Counted from the stretch's first letter, positions 1 to 8,369 are shown. The stretch is 35,677 nt of DNA from an uncultured Nitrospiraceae bacterium (GCA_964452795.1 CAYVOE010000001.1:1-35677), one strand, 5' to 3'. Notes: generated by a model from the sequence alone, not told the origin. Translations and numbers: made by a program.

Positions 1-82
1 GCAGGATCGCCGCCAGGATGCCGATGATGGCGATCACCACCAGCAGCTCGATCAGGGTGAAACCGCCTCTGCGTTTGCTCAT
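1..82 (-). CDS. Pilin-like protein with prepilin-type N-terminal cleavage/methylation motif, N-terminal fragment only (paralog A; gene runs off the left edge)
   Basis: The reverse complement of 82..1 reads ATG AGC AAA CGC AGA GGC GGT TTC ACC CTG ATC GAG CTG CTG GTG GTG ATC GCC ATC ATC GGC ATC CTG GCG GCG ATC CTG. This translates to [27 protein letters not shown], the same N-terminus as the three complete paralogs. A GAGAGG RBS lies 5 nt upstream of the ATG. Confidence 0.85.
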   Translation of the reverse strand, partial: MSKRRGGFTLIELLVVIAIIGILAAIL

Positions 83-188
83 GCCTGCCTCTCTTTCGCC
101 ATGAAGGCCCAATAAAAAAATGAACCAGCAAACTTACCGGACTACTCGGGGCCCGCCCACTGGACCCCCGCGACGCCGGGGCGCCGCA

Positions 189-234
189 CTGTATCGACAA
201 AGTAAAGTGTATCAATAGACCCACCCCCCGTCAA
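189..234 (-). promoter_or_regulatory. Sigma70-type promoter of paralog A plus conserved GTCGATACAG box
   Basis: Minus strand: TTGACG (234..229), 17-nt spacer, TACACT (211..206). After a 7-nt gap comes GTCGATACAG (198..189). Paralogs B, C and D have the same layout. Confidence 0.6.
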
Positions 235-680
235 GTACTTTGTGCGCCGTCCCGGTGGAGGCCTCAGCGCGTCGGAGGGCGGATCGGGCGCGAAGGGAAG
301 GCGCCTGTCCCGTCGACGATACCGTACGTACGGTTCCGTACGCGGCGGCTCATGCGCGGTCCGGAAGTGCTCGGGCGTAATCGAGACGGTTGTATCGCGC
401 GTGCAGTCTAATTCTTCCCGCAAACGTCTCGGCAAGACCTATACGATGATTGTCGCTCAGGCGGTACAGGGTCGATGTGGCAACAACCCGAGGATCGGGT
501 TGCAGACCGCTCCGATCGGTTCCGCACACGGAGGTTCGGCCCGGTTCCCCCATGCGTTGAACACCCCGGAGACCGAGAGATCGTGCGTTAACCTGTGGAC
601 TCTTGCGAAGAGCAGCGTGAGGGCCCAGGGACCGTTCGTGGCCCCCGTCAGACTTGCGTAGCGCTACCCGCCACGGACGC

Positions 681-890
681 TCAGGGTTGAACGGTTTCTG
701 TGGAAGGCATCTCAGAGGCGATACCGTCGTCCAGAGGCCGTTGAACGTTGTCGAGGTAGTCCGCCATTTCCCGCTTAAGTCTCAGGCTCTCTTCGTCTTC
801 GACGGTAACGACTTCGGCCGGACCGCCGCATCCGCTGACCACAAAGGCGGCCACAAGCATCCCGGCCACGCGTCCCCAGATCTTCGACAT
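681..890 (-). CDS. Small lipoprotein (69 aa), partner of pilin-like paralog B
   Basis: ATG at 890 with a GGGGG RBS just upstream. The product MSKIWGRVAGMLVAAFVVSGCGG has a signal peptide with a lipobox Cys. It is homologous to the 74-aa lipoprotein at 5187..5411 (GCGGxxEVVxVExDxEELRxKxEMxD). The longer track ORF to 929 adds a non-signal N-extension. Confidence 0.65.
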   Translation of the reverse strand: MSKIWGRVAGMLVAAFVVSGCGGPAEVVTVEDEESLRLKREMADYLDNVQRPLDDGIASEMPSTETVQP

Positions 891-912
891 CCCCCTGTGC
901 TCCTCTTCCGTG

Positions 913-949
913 GGGCGGCCCGAACCCAAACCGCGGTTGCGGGCCGCCC
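913..949 (-). other. GC-rich hairpin between pilin-like gene B and its lipoprotein gene
   Basis: GGGCGGCCCG (913..922) and CGGGCCGCCC (940..949) are perfect 10-bp complements with a 17-nt loop. No U-tract follows, so this is a possible processing, stability or attenuation element rather than a classic terminator. Confidence 0.4.
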
Positions 950-992
950 AAAGATTTCCGGTCTCGGTTACCTGTTCTGCGACGGAACTCGG

Positions 993-2159
993 TTAGCCCC
1001 AGCCGCCCGCGCGCGGAAAGACGGTGCCCATATAGAAGCACGCGCTCCTGCCTCCGGGAAACGCGGTGGCCGCCGCCGAAGGCGAGTAGATGGGGTACTT
1101 CGCCTGGTACTTCACAAATTCGACGTGGCCGTCCATGTAGAGGACATTCGAGCCGCCGGGAAGGTGATTGAAGCTCGATACGGTATTGGCTCCGTAATTG
1201 TTATTGTTGTCGGCCCAGGCGTCCCACATGATCGGCAAGGTGCTTTGGGCCCGCGCGCCCGCGGCGGGATTGTTGATGTCGGTGATGAAGAACCGCTCGA
1301 TGCCTTCCTTGGTGCGGTGGTACATATCGGGCAGCCTCTGGCCGTTGTCATCCAGCAAGGCGCCCCCGCCGATACGGCCCGCGGTCCGGCCGTTATTGAA
1401 GTCCGGGAAGTCCGCCATATTGAGATCGGCCGACCCCCACCCGGCGTTGTCCGCGTGCCGGATATAGCAGATGGTCCTAACCCAGCTCGAAGGACCGCCC
1501 ACGTTCGTTATCGCCGGCTGTGAGACAATAAGGCTGGTGAACGGGGGCATCTGGTACATCTCGCCCAAGGCGTACCAGACGTCCAGTATCTGCGAACCGG
1601 TGCTGGTGGCGTAGGCGTTGTAGATGTACGATACCGGCCAGGACAGGATGGCGTTGATGACGGCCTTGGCATCGCGCTCGAGTCCCACGCCGGCCTTGAT
1701 CTTCTGAATCTGCGCGGAGATATCTGCATCAATGCCGATCGAGCCGGTGGCGATGGACGGCCACTCCCCGCCGTTGTATCCGGGCGGGGTCGTGCTGCGC
1801 GTATCGGACGGGCAGACCAGGATCGCCGGGTCATTCCAGAAATCCGGGAACAGGGCCGCATCGCCGGGGCCCGGGAGACGTCCGAACTCCTGCGAGAGGG
1901 TGCCCAGGGCGTTTACCCCCCAGGCCCAGCGGAACCCTCCGATCGTCCACTGCGAGCGAGCCGGGAACATGCCCTTGTTCTCGCCCGAGAACATCTTGAA
2001 GATGGTCCCCCATTGCTTGAGGTTGTTGGCGCAACTGGCGCGGTTGGCCGCTTCGCGGGCGCGGGCCAGGGCGGGGAGCAGGATCGCGGCGAGGATGCCG
2101 ATGATGGCAATGACGACGAGGAGTTCGATCAGGGTGAAGCCCGCTCTCTTGGTAGACAT
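993..2159 (-). CDS. Pilin-like/pseudopilin family protein (paralog B): prepilin-type N-methylation motif plus C-terminal H-X-DG-type motif (DUF1559/H-X9-DG-like family)
   Basis: I prefer the ATG at 2159 ([43 protein letters not shown]...), which has a GGGGAA RBS. The C-terminus carries [20 protein letters not shown] and ends in GGWG. It is strongly similar to 5499..6632 and 7005..8168. The track ORF start at 2183 adds 8 aa before the canonical pilin leader. Confidence 0.92.
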
Positions 2160-2367
2160 TACACGTTCCCCTAGATTCGACAAGGCTTTGGAAGTTTACA
2201 GTAGTACTGCACTCGTTTCCGATCGGGGCGTTTGACTCAGCCGCACAAAGAACCGCCGCGTGCAATTGGTATGCCTTGCACCCCCTTTCAAACCCGAAGC
2301 CTCAAGACGAGAGGAGATTCGGCCTCGACACCTGGATGATGATGGATTCCCCGACGCTATCCCCTAA

Positions 2368-2415
2368 CAGTATCGTCCCGGGCCGCATAGTATCACTACT
2401 CTGCCCACCCGTCAA
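2368..2415 (-). promoter_or_regulatory. Sigma70-type promoter of paralog B plus degenerate box
   Basis: Minus strand: TTGACG (2415..2410), 17-nt spacer, TACTAT (2392..2387). After a 9-nt gap comes GACGATACTG (2377..2368), which matches GTCGATACAG at 8 of 10 positions. The leader to the ATG at 2159 is about 210 nt. Confidence 0.55.
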
Positions 2416-2476
2416 GGTTTTTCGTGTTGGAAAACGCAAAGCAGAAGCCGTCTGCGTCGCTGTCGCCGGGCCGATT

Positions 2477-4939
2477 CTAGGCTGTATCGACCCAGACGGG
2501 GCTGGACCACGCGATCTGGCCGTCGGCCTGGGTGGCGCGGAGGTAGTAGTAGGCGCTGCCGGGGAAGGCGGCATCCTCGAAGTCCACCTCGTGCACGGGA
2601 CCGCCGAGGCGGTCGGCGTCGACCTCGTATACGGTGTCCCGTCCGCGAAACACGACCAACTCGCGGAGCGGAGCCACGGCTTCGACTCGAGCGGCGATCC
2701 GCGGCGGTCCGTCGGCGCGAATCGCTTCGCCCTGGAGGCGGCCGTTGACCCGGAAGTCGACGAAGATTCGGTCGCCCATGGTGCCGTAGCAGCGACGGGC
2801 CTGGAGCGCCTCGAAGACGCCTTCGGGGCTGACCTCTTTGACGTACACGGCCGCGACGCCGAGGCCCATGAAATTGTGGTCGCCGCTGGCGATGAATCCC
2901 AGCTTGTAGCCCCGGGCCAGGGCGTCGCTCACGTAGCAGCCCTCGAAGGGCGTGACGTGCTTCCCTTCCGCCGGGCATCCGGGGTACTCGGCCGAGCCCC
3001 GGCATTGGAAGATCTCGACGACCGTCTCGATGTCAGGGTCGTTGAACTCCCACGACATGGGATGTTCGATGACAGGGTGATGCGGGATCGTGATGGCCCG
3101 GATCCCGCGGGCCCGCAAGGTCTGCCAGAGCCGGTCGCATCGATCGGACCCTTCCGCGCGGCAGTGGTAAATCACCCGGGCCTCGTTGATGGCCTTGGCC
3201 GCCTCCTCGTCGGAGGGGAAGATGACGTTCCGGTGGCCCGAGCCGGGCGGCACGTGGTCGGTGATGCCCATGCCCGGCGCCGACAGCGTCCATTCGTACG
3301 CCGGCAGGGCCACGAACCGGTCGGGATCGTTGTAGAAGGCCGCCGCCCGACGCGACGCGCGCCAGCGTTCTTCATTCAGGTCGAAGCAGTGGTCCGTGAT
3401 GGCGACGAAATCGTACCCTTCCACGTCGATGCCGTAGCGGTAGTTGTCGTCGAGCTCGCCGTCCGACCCGTCCTTCCAGCACCGCGAGATGTTGCTGTGC
3501 TCATGAAGGTTGCCCCAGAGGAGCGTGTACCGTTCGCCGCCGACTTCAATCTGCCGACGCGCCCCTCGGGACCGCCCCAATCCGGCGGGCGCTTTCCGTT
3601 CCACGGTCCAGGGCCGCATTTCCGCCGGCGCGGCGTCCGTCACGGGCAGCTCCACCCTTGCCGCGCGGATCTCGTAGCGGAAATCCTCGGGCATGGTCTC
3701 GAACCAGTCCCGTTCCATCGAGAAATTGTCGGCCTGCCAGGCCACCCACCATCCGCCCCGGCCGTCGGCGACCACGGCGGGCGCATGGCATCGGCCCATG
3801 TCGTCGGGATCGAGGAGGCCAATGCCCGCCGGCTCCGACGCGCCCGCCACGGGCCCGACGACGATGTCCCACTTGCGGCGGGGGTGCCACCGCCGGGCGA
3901 AGACCCGCAGGCGCCCTTCTCCGTCCTCGACGAAGACCGGCAGGTGGTCGTTTGTCGGCTCTTCCGTGGGCTCCTCGACAATGGACAGCTCTTCGAACCG
4001 GCCGTCGCGGTAGCGCACCACCGGGCAGCGGCGGCGACCGAAATAACAGCTTAAAGGCTGCGAGTCGGCCAGCCCTTCCCATGTGATCCAGACCGCCCCG
4101 TCGCGGTCGCAGGCAATGGCCGGGTGGGAATGGAGGTTGGGCTTGTCTTCGAAGGGTCCCCCGACAATCACGGGTCTGGGCTCTTCCACCAATCCGCCGA
4201 AACGCCGGAGGCAGATGCCGCGGTGAACGCCCGAGACCTGGCTCCAGGCCGCCCACAGGGTCCCGTCGGGTCCCGCCGCCAGCGCCGGGTCGTAGGCGTT
4301 GCTCGACCCGTCGCTGAGGGCCACGGCCTCGCCCCAGCGCCCGTCGCTCCAGATCTTCGCGAACACGCGGAACCGGCCGCCCTCGTAGGATTCCCAGGCG
4401 AGCGCGAACCGGTCGGGTCCCGCGGCGATGAGGGCCGGATGGGCCGCCCGTCCCGGCCCGTCCACGACGGTCTCCGGCGCGCCGAAGCCGTCGCCGTCCC
4501 AGGCCGCGCTCTGAATGCGCCAGCGCCCGTCGGCGATCTCGATCCAGGCGGCTCGCGGCTGCCCGCCGGGTGCGCAGGCCAGCCGAGGCGAGTCGTAGGC
4601 CCCGTCCCGCGGCGTCAGCGGCGGTTGCGCGTGCCATTCCCGGCCGTCGAAGGCATGGAGCGCCACCCGGTCGGTCCCGTCGGGAATCCGCTGCAACGAC
4701 GCCACCCAGACGCGCCCTTGCCCGTCGCCCGCGGCCGCCGGCGATTCGTGGTAGGCGCTCGCCCCGTCGGTGAGCCGCACGACGTCGCGCAAGCTCGCCG
4801 CCGGCGCCGCCGCGGCCGCCGTCCCCGACAGCCCGCCCAGCGCGTACACCGCCCCCAGCGAGGCCGAGCCGCGCCGAAGCATCTCCCGCCGCGTCAGGCG
4901 CCCCTCGTCCCGGCTCGACCGAAATCCGTCGTCACACAT
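2477..4939 (-). CDS. Tat-signal secreted protein: N-terminal beta-propeller-like repeats plus C-terminal PHP/DUF3604-like metallohydrolase domain
   Basis: ATG at 4939 preceded by a GGGAGGA RBS.
- Twin-arginine leader: RLTRREMLRRGSASLGAVYALGGLSGTAAAAAP.
- Repeated DGxxW...W blocks: RVWVASL, RAAWIEI, ALAWESY, LWAAWSQ, AVWITWEG, GWWVAWQ.
- His-rich metal motifs: LLWGNLHEHSN, FVAITDH, GSGHRNVIF, IPHHP, ASGDHNF.
- C-terminal IAWSSPVWVD.

The track ORF to 5029 adds an Arg-rich extension. Confidence 0.85.
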   Translation of the reverse strand: MCDDGFRSSRDEGRLTRREMLRRGSASLGAVYALGGLSGTAAAAAPAASLRDVVRLTDGASAYHESPAAAGDGQGRVWVASLQRIPDGTDRVALHAFDGREWHAQPPLTPRDGAYDSPRLACAPGGQPRAAWIEIADGRWRIQSAAWDGDGFGAPETVVDGPGRAAHPALIAAGPDRFALAWESYEGGRFRVFAKIWSDGRWGEAVALSDGSSNAYDPALAAGPDGTLWAAWSQVSGVHRGICLRRFGGLVEEPRPVIVGGPFEDKPNLHSHPAIACDRDGAVWITWEGLADSQPLSCYFGRRRCPVVRYRDGRFEELSIVEEPTEEPTNDHLPVFVEDGEGRLRVFARRWHPRRKWDIVVGPVAGASEPAGIGLLDPDDMGRCHAPAVVADGRGGWWVAWQADNFSMERDWFETMPEDFRYEIRAARVELPVTDAAPAEMRPWTVERKAPAGLGRSRGARRQIEVGGERYTLLWGNLHEHSNISRCWKDGSDGELDDNYRYGIDVEGYDFVAITDHCFDLNEERWRASRRAAAFYNDPDRFVALPAYEWTLSAPGMGITDHVPPGSGHRNVIFPSDEEAAKAINEARVIYHCRAEGSDRCDRLWQTLRARGIRAITIPHHPVIEHPMSWEFNDPDIETVVEIFQCRGSAEYPGCPAEGKHVTPFEGCYVSDALARGYKLGFIASGDHNFMGLGVAAVYVKEVSPEGVFEALQARRCYGTMGDRIFVDFRVNGRLQGEAIRADGPPRIAARVEAVAPLRELVVFRGRDTVYEVDADRLGGPVHEVDFEDAAFPGSAYYYLRATQADGQIAWSSPVWVDTA

Positions 4940-5186
4940 GAGGAAATCCTCCCTCGCGCGCCGCCCCGGCGGTCCGCGCCCCCGATTGGCACCCCGAGAT
5001 CCCGTCCATCGCCCCGAGCCCCTCGGCATGCGGCCGTCAAATCACGCGCCCATAAGAAAAGCCCGAAACGCACGCCGGCGCCTCGCCATCGCGGCCGGCG
5101 ATTCTGAAACGAAGCGGAGCGTGTAAAGACACACGACCTCCGCCGGGAAGAGCGCGTCGGCGGCCTCCCCGACAGGGGGGATCGCC

Positions 5187-5411
5187 CTATTGCTGTTCGG
5201 CCGGAGCCTGCGGGGTGCCGGAGGCGGGGATCTGGGGTGCGATCTGCTGGCTCGCCTGCCGCTGTTGCTGCATAAACTGGTCCATCATCTCCTGCTTCAT
5301 GCGCAACTCCTCGGGATCCTGCTCGACCACCACTTCCCGGCTGCCGCCGCATCCGACCGCGGCGAGCGCCGCCACGGCCACCGCCATGCCTGTCCTGAGC
5401 CACTTGTGCAT
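5187..5411 (-). CDS. Small lipoprotein (74 aa), partner of pilin-like paralog C
   Basis: The product MHKWLRTGMAVAVAALAAVGCGGSREVVVEQDPEELRMKQEMMDQF... has a lipobox (AVGC). An AGGAG RBS lies 7 nt upstream. It is homologous to 681..890. Confidence 0.7.
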   Translation of the reverse strand: MHKWLRTGMAVAVAALAAVGCGGSREVVVEQDPEELRMKQEMMDQFMQQQRQASQQIAPQIPASGTPQAPAEQQ

Positions 5412-5432
5412 CGGTTCGCTCCTGTGTCGTAT

Positions 5433-5467
5433 GAAAAAGGGTCCGCGCCGCCCGGGCGACGCGGACC
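5433..5467 (-). terminator. Rho-independent terminator/attenuator between pilin-like gene C and its lipoprotein gene
   Basis: Minus strand: GGTCCGCG (5467..5460), 12-nt loop, CGCGGACC (5447..5440), then CTTTTTC. Confidence 0.6.
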
Positions 5468-5498
5468 GGAACCCTAAATGGGTCGAAGAAAATCCGGA

Positions 5499-6632
5499 TC
5501 AGCCATAGCCGCCCGAACGGGTAAAGATGTCGCTGAAATACCAGCTTGCGCTGGTGCCGGTGGGATGGGTCACCTGAGCGCTGGTCGGAGCGTAGATCGG
5601 ATACTTCTGCTGGAACCGGACGTATTCGACGTGGCCGTCCATGTACAGCACGTTGGACCCGCCGGGGATGTGGTTGAAGCTGGCCACCGAGTTGGCGCCA
5701 AAGGCGTTGGCGTTGTCGGACCAGGCGTCCCACATGATGGGCAGCGTGGACTGGGCCACCGCTCCCGCCGCGGGGTTGTTGATGTCGGTGATGAAGAAGC
5801 GCTCGATGCCTTCCTTGGTGCGGTGGTAGATATCGGGCAGCTTCTGGCCGTTGTCGTCCACCAGATTGCCGTTGCCGAACCGATAGCCCGCGGGCAGGCT
5901 GCCTACGTTGAGGTCGTAGGAGCCCCAACCGGCATAGTCCGGCGTGCGGTAGAAGCACAGGGCCAATACCCAATCGCTGGGTCCGCCGAGCTGGGAGATG
6001 GTGGGCTGAACCACCGCTCGGGTCTCGAAGCCAAAGGCGTACTGCTCGCCCAGGGCGTACATGGCGTCGAGAAGCTGCGAGCCGCTCGAGCACGCGAAGG
6101 GCGAGTAGATGTACGAGATGGGCCAGGACAGGATCGCGTTGATCACGGCCTTGGCCTCCGGGGTCGAGGTCTGGACCTTACGAATCTGGGCCGCGATGTC
6201 GGTTTCCAGGCCCAGGCTGGGACCGAAATCCGGCCAGGGAACGCCGTTGTACTGAGGGACCGAGTCGTCCCGCGCGTCCGACGGGCAGATCATGATGCCC
6301 GGATCGGTCCAGTACTCGGGATAGAGCCCCTCGCTGCCGGGTCCGGCCGGAAGACCGAAGTCCTGGGCAAGCGAGCCCATGGCGTTGACACCCCAGGCCC
6401 AGCGGAAGGTGCCGATGCGCCACTGGGTGCCGGCCGGGAACAACCCTTTGTTCTCGCCCGAGAACATCTTGAAGATGGTGCCCCACTGTTTAAGGTTGTT
6501 GGCGCAACTCGCGCGGTTGGCCGCTTCTCTCGCCCGCGACAGCGCCGGAAGCAGAATGGCGGCAAGAATACCTATGATGGCAATGACTACCAGCAATTCA
6601 ATTAGCGTAAATCCGGATCGACTACGGGACAT
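5499..6632 (-). CDS. Pilin-like/pseudopilin family protein (paralog C)
   Basis: The N-terminus is [63 protein letters not shown]. The C-terminus carries [51 protein letters not shown] and ends in GGYG. A GGAGAA RBS precedes the ATG at 6632. Confidence 0.93.
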
Positions 6633-6754
6633 ATCACTGCTTCTCCACGAAAACGTTGGATCTTGGATACTGCAAGATCATACTGCGGCGATTACGGAAA
6701 TGTGTGCGTTGATCGACCTCTCCACCCAAGAGAGGCTTACGGCGAACGAGGTGT

Positions 6755-6791
6755 GTCGAATAACCTCCTTTCATCTGCGGCCGGCCCGCAG
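6755..6791 (-). promoter_or_regulatory. Conserved 5'-leader element of paralog C: hairpin followed by ATGAAAGGAGGTTATTCGAC
   Basis: Minus strand: hairpin CTGCGG-loop-CCGCAG (6791..6775), followed directly by ATGAAAGGAGGTTATTCGAC (6774..6755). The AAGGAGGT core is a perfect Shine-Dalgarno-like sequence about 120 nt upstream of the real start. The leader of paralog D has the same arrangement. Confidence 0.4.
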
Positions 6792-6807
6792 TGTCGCCCT
6801 CTATTAA

Positions 6808-6854
6808 CTGTATCGACCGGGTACCACGGTATCACTACTTTGCCTTCGTGTCAA
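6808..6854 (-). promoter_or_regulatory. Sigma70-type promoter of paralog C plus GTCGATACAG box
   Basis: Minus strand: TTGACA (6854..6849), 17-nt spacer, TACCGT (6831..6826). After an 8-nt gap comes GTCGATACAG (6817..6808). Confidence 0.6.
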
Positions 6855-6935
6855 CCGCGTTTTTCCCCGGATCGACCCGGCCCGGGACTCACTACAAGCC
6901 CCGGCGAGGCGCCGCGACGGATCACCGGGCCTCCG

Positions 6936-6974
6936 GAAAAAGGGGCCCGCGCCGGGACGAATCCAGCGCGGGCC
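6936..6974 (-). terminator. Rho-independent terminator after pilin-like gene D
   Basis: Minus strand: GGCCCGCGC (6974..6966), 13-nt loop, GCGCGGGCC (6952..6944), then CCTTTTTCC. It starts 30 nt after the stop codon at 7005. Confidence 0.65.
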
Positions 6975-7004
6975 TTTCGCTGCGGTTCACTCTAGAACAC
7001 GGGC

Positions 7005-8168
7005 TCAGCCCCAGCCGCCGGCACGGGCGAAGAGCTGGCTGAAGTAGAAGCTGGCGCTCAGCCCGGCCGGATGCTGCGAATCCGCGAGGGACGGCGAATA
7101 GATCGGATATTTCTGCTGGTAGCGCACGTATTCCACGTGGCCGTCCATGTACATTACGTTCGAGCCGCCGGGGATGTGGTTGAAGCTGGCCACCGTGTTG
7201 GCGCCGAAGAAATTGTTGTTGTCGTTCCAGGAGTCCCACATGATGGGCAGGGTGCTCTGGGCGCGGGCGCCGGCTGCGGGATTGTTGATGTCCGTGATGA
7301 AGAACCGCTCGATCCCTTCCTTGTTGCGGTGATACACGTTGGGCAGCCGCTGGCCGTTGTCGTCCACCAGGTTGCCCTGACCGAACCGGTAGATGGAATG
7401 GACGCCGTCGGTGGAGTCGGGGAAGTCGCCCATGTCCACGTCGGCCGTGCCCCAGCCCGAGGAATCGGAGTTCCGGACGGAACAAATGGCAAAAAACCAG
7501 TTGCTGGGTCCGCCGAGGTTGCCGATGGTCGGCTGGGCCACCACCAGGTTGGTAAACGGAAAGGCGTACTGCTCGCCCAGGGCGTACCACACATCCACCA
7601 GTTGCGAGCCGCTGCTGCAGGCATAGGGCGCGTAGATGTAGGAAATGGGCCACGACAGAATGGCGTTGACGATGGCCTTCGCTTCTCTCGAAGAGCCCTG
7701 GATCTTCTTGATCTGAGCGGCGATGTCCTCTTCGAGGCCCATGCTGGTCTGGCCCGTGAACAGGCCGAGCCAGGGCTCGCCGTTGAAGTTGGGCACGCCC
7801 GTGTCCCGCGTGTCGGACGGGCAGATCATGATGCCGGGATCGGTCCAATATTCGGGATAGAGGGCCTCCTGGCCGGGTCCGGGCGGCATGCCCCACTCCG
7901 TCTGCATGGTGCCCATGGCGTTGACGCCCCAGGCCCATCGGAACGCGCCGATGCGCCATTGCGTTCCCGCCGGGAACATCCCCTTGTTCTCGCCCGAGAA
8001 CATCTTGAAGATGGTTCCCCATTGTTTCAGGTTGTTCTGGCACGAGGCCCGGTTCGCGGCTTCTCTCGCCCGCGCCAGGGCGGGCAACAGGATGGCGGCC
8101 AGGATCCCGATGATGGCAATGACGACGAGGAGCTCGATGAGGGTGAATCCGGATTTCTTGCTTGCCAT
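7005..8168 (-). CDS. Pilin-like/pseudopilin family protein (paralog D)
   Basis: The N-terminus is [63 protein letters not shown]. The C-terminus carries [19 protein letters not shown] and ends in GGWG. A GGAGGA RBS lies 8 nt upstream of the ATG at 8168. Confidence 0.93.
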
Positions 8169-8320
8169 TTCGCATTCCTCCGAAAAGGTGGCGATGCCGA
8201 ATCACAAGTGAAGCAAGACGCTAAGGAAACTCCGGGAAATCAACTGCTGGAAAAGGCCGAAATTGGGAAAGGAAAACCGCGATAGAATAACAGCAAACCG
8301 CCGAGGGAAAGCGAGGCTGG

Positions 8321-8369
8321 GTCGAAACACCTCCTTCATGGACGGCCCGAAAAGATCCAGAACGGCCGT
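8321..8369 (-). promoter_or_regulatory. Conserved 5'-leader element of paralog D: hairpin followed by ATGAAGGAGGTGTTTCGAC
   Basis: Minus strand: hairpin ACGGCC (8369..8364) / GGCCGT (8347..8342), then CC ATGAAGGAGGTGTTTCGAC (8339..8321). By eye, about 80% of the roughly 38 aligned nt match the element of paralog C. Confidence 0.4.

Noticed and set aside
2261-2276. A sigma54-like -24/-12 element, AGGCATACCAATTGCA (GG-N10-GC spacing), in the leader of pilin-like paralog B.
   Set aside because: It is present in only one of the four leaders. No enhancer-binding protein gene is nearby, and the upstream sigma70-type promoter already accounts for transcription. I cannot tell it apart from a chance match without transcription start data.
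2276-4054. 592-aa plus-strand ORF, and similar plus-strand ORFs at 5478..6605 and 7071..8285, opposite the hydrolase and pilin-like genes.
   Set aside because: They are antisense shadows of well-supported minus-strand genes and show no motifs. The same reasoning applies to 8435..9916(-), 29598..31400(-) and 32858..33664(-).
8206-8340. Upstream ORFs starting at the ATG of the ATGAAGGAGG leader motif: 45 codons in the paralog D leader, 46 codons at 6774..6634 in C, and a TTG-initiated 31-codon ORF in B.
   Set aside because: No RBS precedes these ATGs. The peptides are unrelated beyond the first few codons (MKEVFRPS, MKGGYSTH, LKGGARHT), so the conservation is at the nucleotide level. I treat them as an RNA/DNA element and not as coding sequence.
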